The notes beneath the pieces were generated by a model. The model was not told where the DNA came from, searched no databases, and worked only from the letters and a program-made list of their open reading frames with translations. Below, piece by piece: positions 1-9,122 of a stretch of DNA of 64,000 nucleotides (positions are counted from its first letter, which is position 1; every line of letters starts with the position of its first letter). The DNA is from an uncultured virus (IMG/VR IMGVR_UViG_649633043_000004). Taxonomy: Duplodnaviria > Heunggongvirae > Uroviricota > Caudoviricetes. The stretch is taken from the IMG/VR virus record IMGVR_UViG_649633043_000004, one strand, 5' to 3'. The translations under genes were made by a program, and so were the position numbers.

Positions 1-336
1 CTATACGTTCAAATCCGTTTGTTTCAGCTGTTCCTCAAGATTTCGCCCGCCGTACATGACCCGAATTACCGCAACGGTGTTACGCGGTTCCATCGGCAGA
101 TAAAAGGCAAGATAGCGGTCCACCGGCAATACCCGCAAGCCTTTGCCGCGCCATGGCTCTTTTTCGTAGAGCGGGCAGCGCAGCGGCATTTCATCGAGTG
201 TTGCGACCGCGTCCAGAATGCGTCTGGTCTGCTTTCTGGCGATCTCCGGCTCCAGCAGGGTGAATGCGATATAGTCGTGGATGCCCCGCAGATCCCGCGC
301 CGCCTGCTCGGTGTAGACAATTTGCCACTGGCTCAT
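1..336 (-). CDS. Type II toxin-antitoxin toxin, RelE/ParE family
   Basis: 111 aa; N-terminal IVYTEQAARDLRGIHDYIA and C-terminal YLAFY...VAVIRVMYGGRN are typical of ParE/RelE; 4-bp overlap with the antitoxin gene. Confidence 0.9.
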   Translation of the reverse strand: MSQWQIVYTEQAARDLRGIHDYIAFTLLEPEIARKQTRRILDAVATLDEMPLRCPLYEKEPWRGKGLRVLPVDRYLAFYLPMEPRNTVAVIRVMYGGRNLEEQLKQTDLNV

Positions 337-638
337 AGACCGTATTCCCGGCGCAGGTCTTCCGCGAGACGCTCCGCCGGGACCACATTTCCGGCCGCCA
401 GATTACGGAAGCCTTTTTCGATTTCCGCGTTAAATTGCTCGTCGCTAAGGCTGCCTATCGCAAGCGGCTGATTGGACGGCAGCTTCATGTCGAAGGGAAT
501 TCCCCTCTGCAACACGACCTGGCGCAGGAAAAGGCCGATTGCGTTGGACATCGGGATGCCCAGCTGGTTCAGCACTTTTTCCGCCTGCTCTTTGACCTCG
601 GGCTCGACGCGCGCAAAGATATTGGATGTTCTCGCCAT
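333..638 (-). CDS. Type II antitoxin, RelB/DinJ family
   Basis: NIFARVEPEVKEQAEKVLNQLGIPMSNAIGLFLRQVVLQRGIPF is the RelB/DinJ RHH signature; RBS GAGGTG upstream. Confidence 0.9.
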   Translation of the reverse strand: MARTSNIFARVEPEVKEQAEKVLNQLGIPMSNAIGLFLRQVVLQRGIPFDMKLPSNQPLAIGSLSDEQFNAEIEKGFRNLAAGNVVPAERLAEDLRREYGL

Positions 639-662
639 AGAAAATTCACCTCGCTTTCTATT

Positions 663-691
663 AGTATACCCGATTGTATTGCGGTTTGCAA
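663..691 (-). promoter_or_regulatory. Sigma-A-type promoter of the TA operon
   Basis: Minus strand TTGCAA-17 bp-TATACT, overlapped by an ATTGC...GCAAT inverted repeat (candidate antitoxin operator). Confidence 0.6.
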
Positions 692-721
692 TCAGTTGTC
701 AGGCGACCCACGCATTTTGTT

Positions 722-2341
722 TTACAGCTCAATTTCCGTCATCCCGATGAAGTTATAGCAGATGTCCACCCGCTGCGTTCGGCACCCCTGCTCGTCTACC
801 TGCCTTGGATACACCTCGATGCGCTGGATCAGCGTGTGCAGGATGCGGCTGTCCAGAAAATGCAGGTCGGTGTAGTCCTTGATGACCTGTGTGAACCGCT
901 CCGCGTTCTCCGCCGCTTCCCGCACCGCCTGGGCGGCCTGTTCGTGTGCCGTGAGGGTTTCCTTCAAACCGGCCTGCTCATTTTCATATTCGGCGGTGAG
1001 GGCGGCGAACCGTTCGTCCGTAATGGCTCCGGAAGCGTTTTGCTCCAACAGCTTCTTGATGATACCATCGAGCGCCGCGATACGTTTTCGCATTTTGGCA
1101 TCCTCTTTCTCCTGTTGTTTGAGCGACTGGCTCTCCTGCTCCGCCATGGCAGCCTTCAGTTTTTTCAGGAAGGTGTCGCGGTAAAGGCAGGCATATCGCG
1201 CCTGTTTGCGGATGTCGTTGAGCACCACCGCGCTGATCTGGTCGAGGCTGATGTAATGGGACGTGCAGGCCTCCTTCCCGTGGCGCATATACAGCCAGCA
1301 TTTGTACCGGCCGCCATCCGGCTTGGTCTTGCGGTGCACGGTTGAGAATGAGAGCGCGGAACCGCAGTCCGAGCAGTAAAGCAGGCCCGCGAACATCTGA
1401 GGTTCACCGTCTTTGCGCGCCCGCCGCTTGATGGCGAGCTGGCGGTGCACCAGTTCCCATTGCTCGGCTGTCACCAGCGCCTCGTGGGTGTTCTCCACCA
1501 CGATCCAGTCCTCGCGCGGTTTTTTGACCGTTTTGCCCTTCATAGTTTTATTGCCGACGCGGCACTGCGCCATGCAGCCCAGATAGACAGGGTTCTCCAG
1601 AATCTTCTGGATGGATGTGACATGCCATTGGGTGTCTCGCTTCCAATAGGGGCTTTTGAAATAATCCGGATGCTTCTCGTTGAAATAGGACATCGGGTTT
1701 GGGATGCCTTCGGCGTGCAGGGCACGCGCGATGCGGTTGTAGCCCTGCCCATCCGCCGCCATTGCGAAGATGCGCCGCACAACGGCGGCCGCCTCCTCGT
1801 CCACCAGCAGATGATGCTTGTCCGCCGGGTCTTTGCAATACCCGTAGGGCGCTTTGGAGCCGATGAACATTCCCTGCTTGGCGCGCGTGATTTTCGCCGC
1901 TTTGGTTTTCTGCGAGATTCCACGGGCATAAAAGTCGTTCATCATGTTGAGCACGGGCACGCTCAGGTCAAGAGGGCCCTTGCTGGTGTCCACGTTGTCG
2001 CCGGGCGCAATGAACCGAATATCCCGCTGGACGAAATACTGGTCAAGGTACATGCCGGCCTCATAATAGTTGCGGCCGAACCGCGACAGGTCTTTGCAGA
2101 TCACGGTATTGATGCGCCCTGCCTCGATCTCGGCCAGCATGCGCTGAAATTCAGGCCGGTCGAAATTGGTGCCGGAGCAGCCGTCGTCCACAAAGTAATC
2201 CACGATGTGAAAATGATGCTGGCGGCAATAGTCGGTGAGCATGGCCTTCTGGGTCTGGATGCTTTCGCTTTCCGCGAGATTGCCATCATCTACGGAAAGC
2301 CGGCAGTAGATGCCGGCGTTGACTGTCTGCGTCTGTTGCAT
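722..2341 (-). CDS. Large serine recombinase (resolvase + recombinase + Zn-ribbon + DUF4368-like C-terminus), TnpX-like
   Basis: Catalytic YCRLS, DDGCSGTNFDRP, KDLSRFGRN, APYGY, CSDCG zinc ribbon, C-terminal coiled coil ending VDICYNFIG. Confidence 0.93.
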   Translation of the reverse strand: MQQTQTVNAGIYCRLSVDDGNLAESESIQTQKAMLTDYCRQHHFHIVDYFVDDGCSGTNFDRPEFQRMLAEIEAGRINTVICKDLSRFGRNYYEAGMYLDQYFVQRDIRFIAPGDNVDTSKGPLDLSVPVLNMMNDFYARGISQKTKAAKITRAKQGMFIGSKAPYGYCKDPADKHHLLVDEEAAAVVRRIFAMAADGQGYNRIARALHAEGIPNPMSYFNEKHPDYFKSPYWKRDTQWHVTSIQKILENPVYLGCMAQCRVGNKTMKGKTVKKPREDWIVVENTHEALVTAEQWELVHRQLAIKRRARKDGEPQMFAGLLYCSDCGSALSFSTVHRKTKPDGGRYKCWLYMRHGKEACTSHYISLDQISAVVLNDIRKQARYACLYRDTFLKKLKAAMAEQESQSLKQQEKEDAKMRKRIAALDGIIKKLLEQNASGAITDERFAALTAEYENEQAGLKETLTAHEQAAQAVREAAENAERFTQVIKDYTDLHFLDSRILHTLIQRIEVYPRQVDEQGCRTQRVDICYNFIGMTEIEL

Positions 2342-2440
2342 GAATGCTCCTTTCCCGGACTTGTCTGCCCCTCTCGGGGCTGTCGGTTCGCGGCGGCAGC
2401 CTGTCTCAGCGGACAGTATACCGCAAAGCTTTTTTGAAAG

Positions 2441-2674
2441 CTATGGCTTTTCGGAAGAAAGCGTATCGGTATCTTCGCCATCAGGTAAACGATCGCCATC
2501 GCTGTCATCAAATTCACCGTCTTCGAGTTCGGCGACCATCAGCTCCTGCAAGCGGGTGATAATGCTTTCCCATCCGCAGAATTGGCTGGTGACCAGAAAA
2601 TCCACACCGCCATGGTGCTGCCAGGACGCCGCGCCGTGGATGGGAATGAACCTTCTTTTGCGTGCGTGTTCCAT
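2441..2674 (-). CDS. Small protein, possibly transposon-encoded TnpW-like
   Basis: RBS GAGAGGAG; GGVDFLVTSQF...IITRLQELM resembles TnpW-type peptides that precede TnpX-like recombinases. Confidence 0.5.
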   Translation of the reverse strand: MEHARKRRFIPIHGAASWQHHGGVDFLVTSQFCGWESIITRLQELMVAELEDGEFDDSDGDRLPDGEDTDTLSSEKP

Positions 2675-2686
2675 GCCATACTCCTC

Positions 2687-3112
2687 TCATTCATCATTTT
2701 CGAGATAATGAATATCCATCCGGTTGCAAATCGCGTCCTTCAGCGGCACGTACCCACGACTTTCCCCGACCAGCCGCACCGCTTTTCCACGCAGCCTCTG
2801 TGTATCCGGGTAAGGCACCTCCAGAAGAGAAGCGAGAAGCAGATTGATCTGCGCCAACTCCACCGCGATTTTGTAGGACAGCTTGGAAAGGTGTTCTTCC
2901 AGCCCCTTGATTTCGCTGCGCTCAATTTTGCCGTATAACGCCGCCAGCTCGCCGGAAAACTGCCGCAGCAGATCGCGGCTGACATACTCCCTGATAGCCG
3001 CGTCAATAAAGGCGGAGCGGTTCTCAAAGCCGAATGCTCTGTATTTGTCCTCCGCCAGTTGGAGCGTTTCGGCTGGCAGCGACACCGTGATTTTTTCAGT
3101 TTTCCGTGTCAT
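2687..3112 (-). CDS. Ribbon-helix-helix protein, putative relaxosome accessory (paralog 2)
   Basis: Start reassigned to ATG 3112 (RBS GGAGGA); KITVSLP...NRSAFIDAAIREY RHH; C-terminal LSKLSYKIAVE...LRGKAVRLV. Confidence 0.75.
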   Translation of the reverse strand: MTRKTEKITVSLPAETLQLAEDKYRAFGFENRSAFIDAAIREYVSRDLLRQFSGELAALYGKIERSEIKGLEEHLSKLSYKIAVELAQINLLLASLLEVPYPDTQRLRGKAVRLVGESRGYVPLKDAICNRMDIHYLENDE

Positions 3113-3536
3113 CGTCTTCCTCCGTAAAATCCGGGTTTTGAAAATGATAGATTTTGTCATACCGGATGCTGCCGACGGTGTGTTTCACATCTTGCACGCA
3201 CTTCTTTCGGAGCGCCTGCAGTGTTTCATCCGAAAGCCCGTGAATCAGGCTCGCCGAAACATTCGCCGACATGGACATCTCCACGCACATGCGAAACAGT
3301 TGGCGGCACATGCGGGCCTCTAACTTGGTCAACTGGTCTTCCAAAAACGCGAGCGTTGTTTTTTGCATGTATGCGGTGCTGCTGTCCGCCTGCAGGAAGC
3401 CGAGGTAAAATTCCACGGCTTTGCAGACAAATTCGCTGCGGCTCGCAAGCCCGTGCAGCGGGTAAGCCGCGTCGGCCTGCCGCACCATGCCGGGCGGCAT
3501 CCAGATCCAGACCCTTTCCTTTTTCTCCTGTTCCAT
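3096..3536 (-). CDS. Ribbon-helix-helix protein, putative relaxosome accessory (paralog 1)
   Basis: Start reassigned to ATG 3536; RVWIWMP...SRSEFVCKAVEFYLG RHH; C-terminal MCRQLFRMCVE...LRKKCVQDV aligns with paralog 2. Confidence 0.75.
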   Translation of the reverse strand: MEQEKKERVWIWMPPGMVRQADAAYPLHGLASRSEFVCKAVEFYLGFLQADSSTAYMQKTTLAFLEDQLTKLEARMCRQLFRMCVEMSMSANVSASLIHGLSDETLQALRKKCVQDVKHTVGSIRYDKIYHFQNPDFTEEDDDTEN

Positions 3537-4264
3537 TTTCAAGCCCCCTGAATCGTTAAAATTCCGTGTGGGACATCCCCGCAAATGCCCAACTTACGCC
3601 AGCGTCTCGCCGCCCGGACGGATGAAACGGGGCCGTATCCACTTTTATGACTCCTCCGGTGCATCAGGCGCAAAGCCCGCAACCCCGCATCCCGCCCCGC
3701 GTTGCGGGACGGTGTGAGCCGCGCGAGTGCCGCTTACGGCACCGCGTTTTAACCTGCATATGGATTCCACCTGTAAAACGCCCGCCCACTTGTAAAAGGA
3801 AAAGCACGGATCGTCGGAGCACACCCCACTCTGGCAAACGCCGACGGGAACCCTGAACGGATGAGTTCGCACCGTCCGATTTTCTTTCTGCTGTTTTAGA
3901 ATCCTGCTGCCCCGCTGCCCAAATTTCCGCACAAAGCCCCGGCACGGGCCGCGAACCCGACGGATGGGGCACGGATGCCTCCCGCCGCTGAAAACGGCAC
4001 ACGAAGCCACACGGTGGGGACAGGGCGATCGATAGGCCGTCCTATCGTTCCTGCATTTTGGTTGTGTCGGATGGCCTTTTTTGTAGCCGCTCGTCGGTGT
4101 GCCATGATGTCACAGTTTCAGAGTTGACGGCCAGCTTGCGAGACATGATGGCACACTTTGTAAAAGAAAAGGGCAAACACTTTACGCCGTATGCGGAAAC
4201 GGCAGCCCGAATGTGCCAATCGAATAACATTGCAATACGGAGCATCGCGCTGGGCGGCAAAAAT

Positions 4265-5320
4265 CTATGCCTGCGACGGCTGCGACAACTGCGACGGCAA
4301 ATTTGGCACGGAGGCCATATCGGATTTGCCGTCATTCCCGTCATTGTCGACGCGGGCCAGCGTGAGCTCCCGACGGTCATGCGTGCGCTTTGCGGAAAAT
4401 ACAATGCCATTACGCGATAATTCCACTTGATTGCGGATGATCTTTTTCATCAGGACATTGGGGAGAAGTTTCTCACCGCCGCTTCGTTCCATTTCCTCGG
4501 CAAGCGCCGTCGCCGTTCCCGTAAAACTCCCGCGTGCCCGGATAAAATCTGCAAGAAATGAAATCGTCGGATCGCTGGGTTCCGGCGCTGCGTCACGGTT
4601 GTCCGAGAGCAGATTCCAAACATATGTATTCCGGTCAAATTCCAACCGGAGCTCGCGGTATTCGATATCCCGCCCCGTGCAGTAAAGGATCGCCGTGTCG
4701 GCGGAGCGGCTGTCACGCTTCAGCACATAAGTTGCGTCCGCGCCGCCGCTGATGCCCGTGGTGCCAGAGATCATGTTGACCGGGTCCTCATCGCTCATTT
4801 TGCGCAGGTGATGAATCAGGATGACGGCGATGTTGTACCGGTCCGCCAGCTTCTTGAGCAGCACAATATCGCGGTAGTCTCCGGCATAAGGGTTTGCGTC
4901 GGGCGCCTGCTTTCGGATGCGCTGCAGGGTATCGATGACGATAAGTGACGTATCGGGATGCAGGGACAGGAATTTTTCAATCTGCCGTTCCAGGCCTTCG
5001 CCAAGGCTTGCCGCTACCGTAGCAAAATGCAGATTCTTCGGTGCGTCGTCGGCAATGCGGCACAGCCGCGTCTGGATGCGCGTGAAGCTGTCCTCCAGAC
5101 ACAGATAAAGCACCGTCGCGCGGGCGGTCGGAAATCCCCAAACCGCCTCGCCGTTCGCAACCTGCAAACACAGCCACAGCGCGAGCCACGATTTGCCGAT
5201 TTTCGGCGCGCCCGCAAGAATCGAAAGCCCCTGCGGGAGTAACCGTTCGGCAACAAACCGAATGGGCGGCAGCGGCTCGCTCATCAGCTGCTCACCGTCC
5301 ATGGTCACAAGCTTGTCCAT
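4265..5320 (-). CDS. AAA_25/RepA-family (SF4-like) ATPase/helicase
   Basis: Walker A GAPKIGKS, VLYLCLED, Walker B LIVIDTL, ILIHHLRK, ISGTTG. Confidence 0.88.
   Translation of the reverse strand: MDKLVTMDGEQLMSEPLPPIRFVAERLLPQGLSILAGAPKIGKSWLALWLCLQVANGEAVWGFPTARATVLYLCLEDSFTRIQTRLCRIADDAPKNLHFATVAASLGEGLERQIEKFLSLHPDTSLIVIDTLQRIRKQAPDANPYAGDYRDIVLLKKLADRYNIAVILIHHLRKMSDEDPVNMISGTTGISGGADATYVLKRDSRSADTAILYCTGRDIEYRELRLEFDRNTYVWNLLSDNRDAAPEPSDPTISFLADFIRARGSFTGTATALAEEMERSGGEKLLPNVLMKKIIRNQVELSRNGIVFSAKRTHDRRELTLARVDNDGNDGKSDMASVPNLPSQLSQPSQA
4272..4345. repeat. Inverted array of 9-bp iterons, candidate replication origin of the element
   Basis: TGCGACGGC/TGCGACAAC/TGCGACGGC (4272-4298) facing GCCGTCATT/CCCGTCATT (4328-4345); inner arms GACGGCAAATTTG and CGGATTTGCCGTC. 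Confidence 0.6.
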
Positions 5321-5380
5321 GAGTTCATCCTTTCACTTTGCGTTAGAGAATTCAAGTATTAACTCTCTTACTCTATCCGC

Positions 5381-5424
5381 ATTGTAACAGCCTGTTTGAC
5401 AATCGTCAATAGATGTAATATAAT
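5381..5424. promoter_or_regulatory. Overlapping divergent sigma-A promoters
   Basis: Plus: TTGACA(5396-5401)-17 bp-TATAAT(5419-5424), perfect consensus; minus: TTGACG(5409-5404)-17 bp-TACAAT(5386-5381). Confidence 0.75.
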
Positions 5425-5493
5425 ATTAAGTACATTCTCTATTTTAAACGTGAGCATTCTCTACTTTTCAATTTTCTTATGGAGGTGAGGCCG

Positions 5494-6669
5494 GTGTATG
5501 CGTTCAAGGCGTATTTCTGGAATGACACCGTTTGCATCAACGGGAAAAAGCGATACCGCAGCAATGAGATTTTGAACCAGTGCCTAAACATGGATTTCAG
5601 CAAACTGGAGAAAATCCGCGACGAACTGGCGACCTTGCGGCAGAAGCTTATTCTGCAGGACGATGCCGCCTTGGATTACATCCGGCAGTATGACCGGCAC
5701 GCGCAACGGGCGCAGCGCCTGGTGCATCTGGTGGACGAGTTGCTCCGCTCGATTTCGCTGTATGCCGAAAATATGGATGCCGAGCTTCTTAACGGGGACA
5801 AGCTTTTTGACTATCTGAATGCCGCATATCCGTATTGGGGAGACGACGATGAGGAAGACGATTCTGATTCTTCCGATGAAAGCGACTACGGGTTTGAAAC
5901 CGGCGACGGGAAGGATTCTTTTTTCTACCACACGCGCTTTTTTCCAAGATATCTGGACATGCAGGTAGATGACCCCAATATCCTGCTCGAGATAGAAGAC
6001 GCAAACCGAAAAATCGGCGCCTTTTTTGACCGGTATCTCACCTTCATTGACGATTTGCTGCGCGTAAAACATGTTTACTGCGAGTTTCTTGACCACTTCC
6101 TGCATGTGAAGAACAATTTTTTGAATGCACATGAGACGGCCGAGGCTTATCAATCTTTTATAGAAAAAAGCGCCGACCGGATAAAAGGCTACCAGAAGCT
6201 CGACACTTCCGGCCCGGTGAGCATGAGCCACGCGGTGCTCATGGACGAAAAAGGCCGAGCCGTCTTATGCGAAGAATATTCTTTCCGCACCTTGGGGGCG
6301 TTTTTATATCTGGATTTTTTCAGAGGGCTCAAAATTGGGTACCTGCCGAAGCGGTGTCTCCACTGCGGTCGGTATTTCCTGCTGCAGGGCGGTAAATATT
6401 CTGATTACTGTGAGCGTCCTTTGGAAGAGGACAATACCAAGACCTGCCGCGATGTAGGCGCGCGCAAAAAATATGATGACAAATGCAAAACAGACCCGGT
6501 TTGGCTCACCTACAACCGGGCCTATAAAACACACTATGCGAGGCATATGAAACGAAAAATGAGCGCCGCAGAATTTGAACAGTGGTCGCGGTATGCCGTT
6601 GAGCTGCGCGCAAAAGCCCTGAGCAGCGAGCTTACGTTTGAGGAATATCAGCAGAAGATCAAAGAATGA
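5494..6669 (+). CDS. DUF6076-like protein with C-terminal Cys cluster
   Basis: Likely GTG start at 5494 after GGAGGTG (ORF open from 5479); KRCLHCGRYF...YSDYCERP...TCRDVGA and YNRAYKTHYAR motifs. Confidence 0.75.
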   Translation: MYAFKAYFWNDTVCINGKKRYRSNEILNQCLNMDFSKLEKIRDELATLRQKLILQDDAALDYIRQYDRHAQRAQRLVHLVDELLRSISLYAENMDAELLNGDKLFDYLNAAYPYWGDDDEEDDSDSSDESDYGFETGDGKDSFFYHTRFFPRYLDMQVDDPNILLEIEDANRKIGAFFDRYLTFIDDLLRVKHVYCEFLDHFLHVKNNFLNAHETAEAYQSFIEKSADRIKGYQKLDTSGPVSMSHAVLMDEKGRAVLCEEYSFRTLGAFLYLDFFRGLKIGYLPKRCLHCGRYFLLQGGKYSDYCERPLEEDNTKTCRDVGARKKYDDKCKTDPVWLTYNRAYKTHYARHMKRKMSAAEFEQWSRYAVELRAKALSSELTFEEYQQKIKE

Positions 6670-6786
6670 GGGGGCTGGCCTGGGAAGCCAGCCCACGAAT
6701 CCAGTCTTTCTGCGTCCGTGTTCATTCGCCAAAGAACGCAATCTAGAAAAATTGTGGTACGTTTCTCCAGTGACGTAAGCTCTCAC

Positions 6787-7059
6787 TCACCTTTCGAGAG
6801 CAGGGGTTTGTTGCTTGTCATGCCCGTTCAGTTCGTTTGCGAGACGCCACGCCAATTGAAAACCGGTTATAAAACTGTCCAATGAAATGTCGTTAATCAG
6901 TTGATCCTTGTCGTCAATAATACGTAGCACCAGCCTGCGGTCAGCCTTGCTAAGGTGCGTAATCAGTGTTCGGTGATTGGCTTCGATGCGCCGAGCCTGC
7001 GGCGTACCCTTTGGAATCTTGTAAAAACAACGATATATTGTGAATAATATGTCACCCAT
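6787..7059 (-). CDS. DUF6809-like small helical protein
   Basis: Start reassigned to ATG 7059 (RBS AAAGGGGAG); LVLRIID...DSFITGFQLAWRL pattern. Confidence 0.65.
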   Translation of the reverse strand: MGDILFTIYRCFYKIPKGTPQARRIEANHRTLITHLSKADRRLVLRIIDDKDQLINDISLDSFITGFQLAWRLANELNGHDKQQTPALER

Positions 7060-7242
7060 AAGCGAGCTCCCCCTTTGTGACACAACATACCACAAGAGAG
7101 GGGCAAAAGCTATATAATATTTTGACAAGTGAGGAACGTCAAACTGGTATTGAGAAACAAGCGGAACGTCGCAAAAGCATGGCCGCAATCTGGGCATATT
7201 CTAGGGCAAGCGTCTTGCCTCACCTCGATCAAATCAAAAAGT

Positions 7243-8925
7243 TTACCACCAGTAATTTTTGTGGCCCAATTTCTTCTCCTCAGCATTTTTTTCATGATTA
7301 CGCTCTCCAAAAAATTCGTCATCTCTGGCAACCGTAGGGTCATACCAATCGGCCTTGGTTTTCGCCCATCCGACCCATTCGGCTGTCTTCTCATCGGGCG
7401 TCCCCGATGCTTCGACAACGGCAATATAGTTCCGAATCTTGCAAGCGGTATCATAATCCTCTGCAAGGTTCGTCAGAGCGAGCGTTCGGTCAACCTCAAT
7501 ATTATAGCGATCTCGGTACTCTTCTTTACGGCGTTTCTCTTCCTGACGCTTGCGTTCCTCTTCTTCACGGGCCTCACGGGCTTTTTTTATTTCTTGGGCT
7601 GCTTCGTACAGTTCGATCATGATATCGCCGAGACGGTCTTCCAAAACATACGATTTACAGTCGCGGAAGCTTTTTCGGCCGTTGACCGCCAGACTGATCC
7701 GTCCATTAAAAATATAGTCGTATTTTCGTATTTGTGGCTTGGATGCCCAAGAGGAATGTCTGCGTTCATCCTCATATTTCAAAAGCTGCAGGTTTTCATC
7801 TTTTGTAAGAACATGACTGGTTTGGTCTTGGGATTCAGAAAAAAACAGCTGCACCGTTTCACCGTTTACTACAAAGTCCAAATCGTTGGTCAGCGAGCAG
7901 CCGAGCGGCTCCATCGCCTTGATTAATGCATCAATGATCCGGCACGCGCGGGGCAGCGTTTCGTCCGAAATGGATTTCGACAAAGATGGTGCCGGGTCAG
8001 CATTCTGCCTGTTCAAGCCCCTGTTGTCGGCGTATTTACCATGCCTCCTCCATTCTGCGACGGCCTTGCGGTGCGCGATGATATTGGAGTGCATTCGCGC
8101 TTTATCATCTGGAAGCAGAATCTGAGAAGTGATTGCGAGAATAACAGAGCGGTCTTCATCGCTCAAAAATGCAAGAGTTTCCTTTGCCGTTTCCAACTGA
8201 TGGGTCACGCCTGTCTGGATACCGGTTCTTTTGGAAACCGTGTCGCTTTGGGGAAGCGGAATCACGCTAACCGGCTTTCCGGCGCGCATTTTTGCCCAAT
8301 AGCCCGCGGGTGGCGTCGGAATTTCCAGCGCCTTGCAAACCTTATGTATGGTGACATCGGAAACTTTATACCGTTTCGCGACCTCTGTCACAGGAAATTT
8401 CCATACTTCTTTATAAATCGTCTCTCGATCATATACATTGTAAGTCTGTCCATACTGCGTGTATGTTTCAGGTTCGCTAACCGCTGGAGCTACCAAAATC
8501 ACAGGATCTTCCGATACTGCATTTGCCGCGTCCTCCACGACAGGGAGAGCAACCGCTGCTTTTGCCGGCGTATCATCAGCGGGAGCAGCTAAAACAGGCG
8601 TATTCTCAGCCGGCTGCATTTCTTTCACGACTTCCCGTGACGGCGGTTCGACTGTCTTTTTCTTTTTCCTGGTGCGCGGAACAGTCTCATAAATGGAAAT
8701 CATCGCATCGGCCGGTTCTGGCAATTCTGGTTTGAAAGCAGGTTTCCCATAAGCAAGCTGAGTCCAATACCCAGATGTTGGAACCGGTATATCTGCTTCT
8801 TTTATCTGTTTCATTAGGTGGGTGTAAGAAATATCATGTTTTTTTGCCAAACCTGCAACGGAAATCTCCCAGATTTCATCATACAACTCTCGTCGTGTCA
8901 GATTAATCACCGGTTTTATTGGCAT
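7243..8925 (-). CDS. Hypothetical protein with two repeated HTH-like 'RxxLYxxVW' modules and a C-terminal coiled coil
   Basis: Start reassigned to ATG 8925 (RBS AAGGAGGAG); repeats TRRELYDEIW...IPVPTSGYW and DRETIYKEVW...IPTPPAGYW. Confidence 0.8.
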   Translation of the reverse strand: MPIKPVINLTRRELYDEIWEISVAGLAKKHDISYTHLMKQIKEADIPVPTSGYWTQLAYGKPAFKPELPEPADAMISIYETVPRTRKKKKTVEPPSREVVKEMQPAENTPVLAAPADDTPAKAAVALPVVEDAANAVSEDPVILVAPAVSEPETYTQYGQTYNVYDRETIYKEVWKFPVTEVAKRYKVSDVTIHKVCKALEIPTPPAGYWAKMRAGKPVSVIPLPQSDTVSKRTGIQTGVTHQLETAKETLAFLSDEDRSVILAITSQILLPDDKARMHSNIIAHRKAVAEWRRHGKYADNRGLNRQNADPAPSLSKSISDETLPRACRIIDALIKAMEPLGCSLTNDLDFVVNGETVQLFFSESQDQTSHVLTKDENLQLLKYEDERRHSSWASKPQIRKYDYIFNGRISLAVNGRKSFRDCKSYVLEDRLGDIMIELYEAAQEIKKAREAREEEERKRQEEKRRKEEYRDRYNIEVDRTLALTNLAEDYDTACKIRNYIAVVEASGTPDEKTAEWVGWAKTKADWYDPTVARDDEFFGERNHEKNAEEKKLGHKNYWW

Positions 8926-9122
8926 ATCGCTCTCCTCCTTTCCTATCACAGATATCGGCTTCAACATAGACTGTGTTATGATTTTTAGTTTCGGTGGCGC
9001 GGCATCAGGTTCAACGAACACATGCGGGAATTCACTTGTTTGATCTTCTATCGGGTTCGAACCAAGGGCGTTTTGGACCGGATTTTGTTCGGTAGCTTTC
9101 CCAAGAACCGCGTCAAATTGCT

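Larger units (their letters stand above)
1..6700. mobile_element. Small integrative (probably mobilisable) element with serine recombinase; left end may lie outside the window, right end approximate
   Basis: Clustered large serine recombinase, TnpW-like ORF, two RHH genes, AAA_25 helicase with iterons, DUF6076-like gene and TA pair; att sites not identified. Confidence 0.7.
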
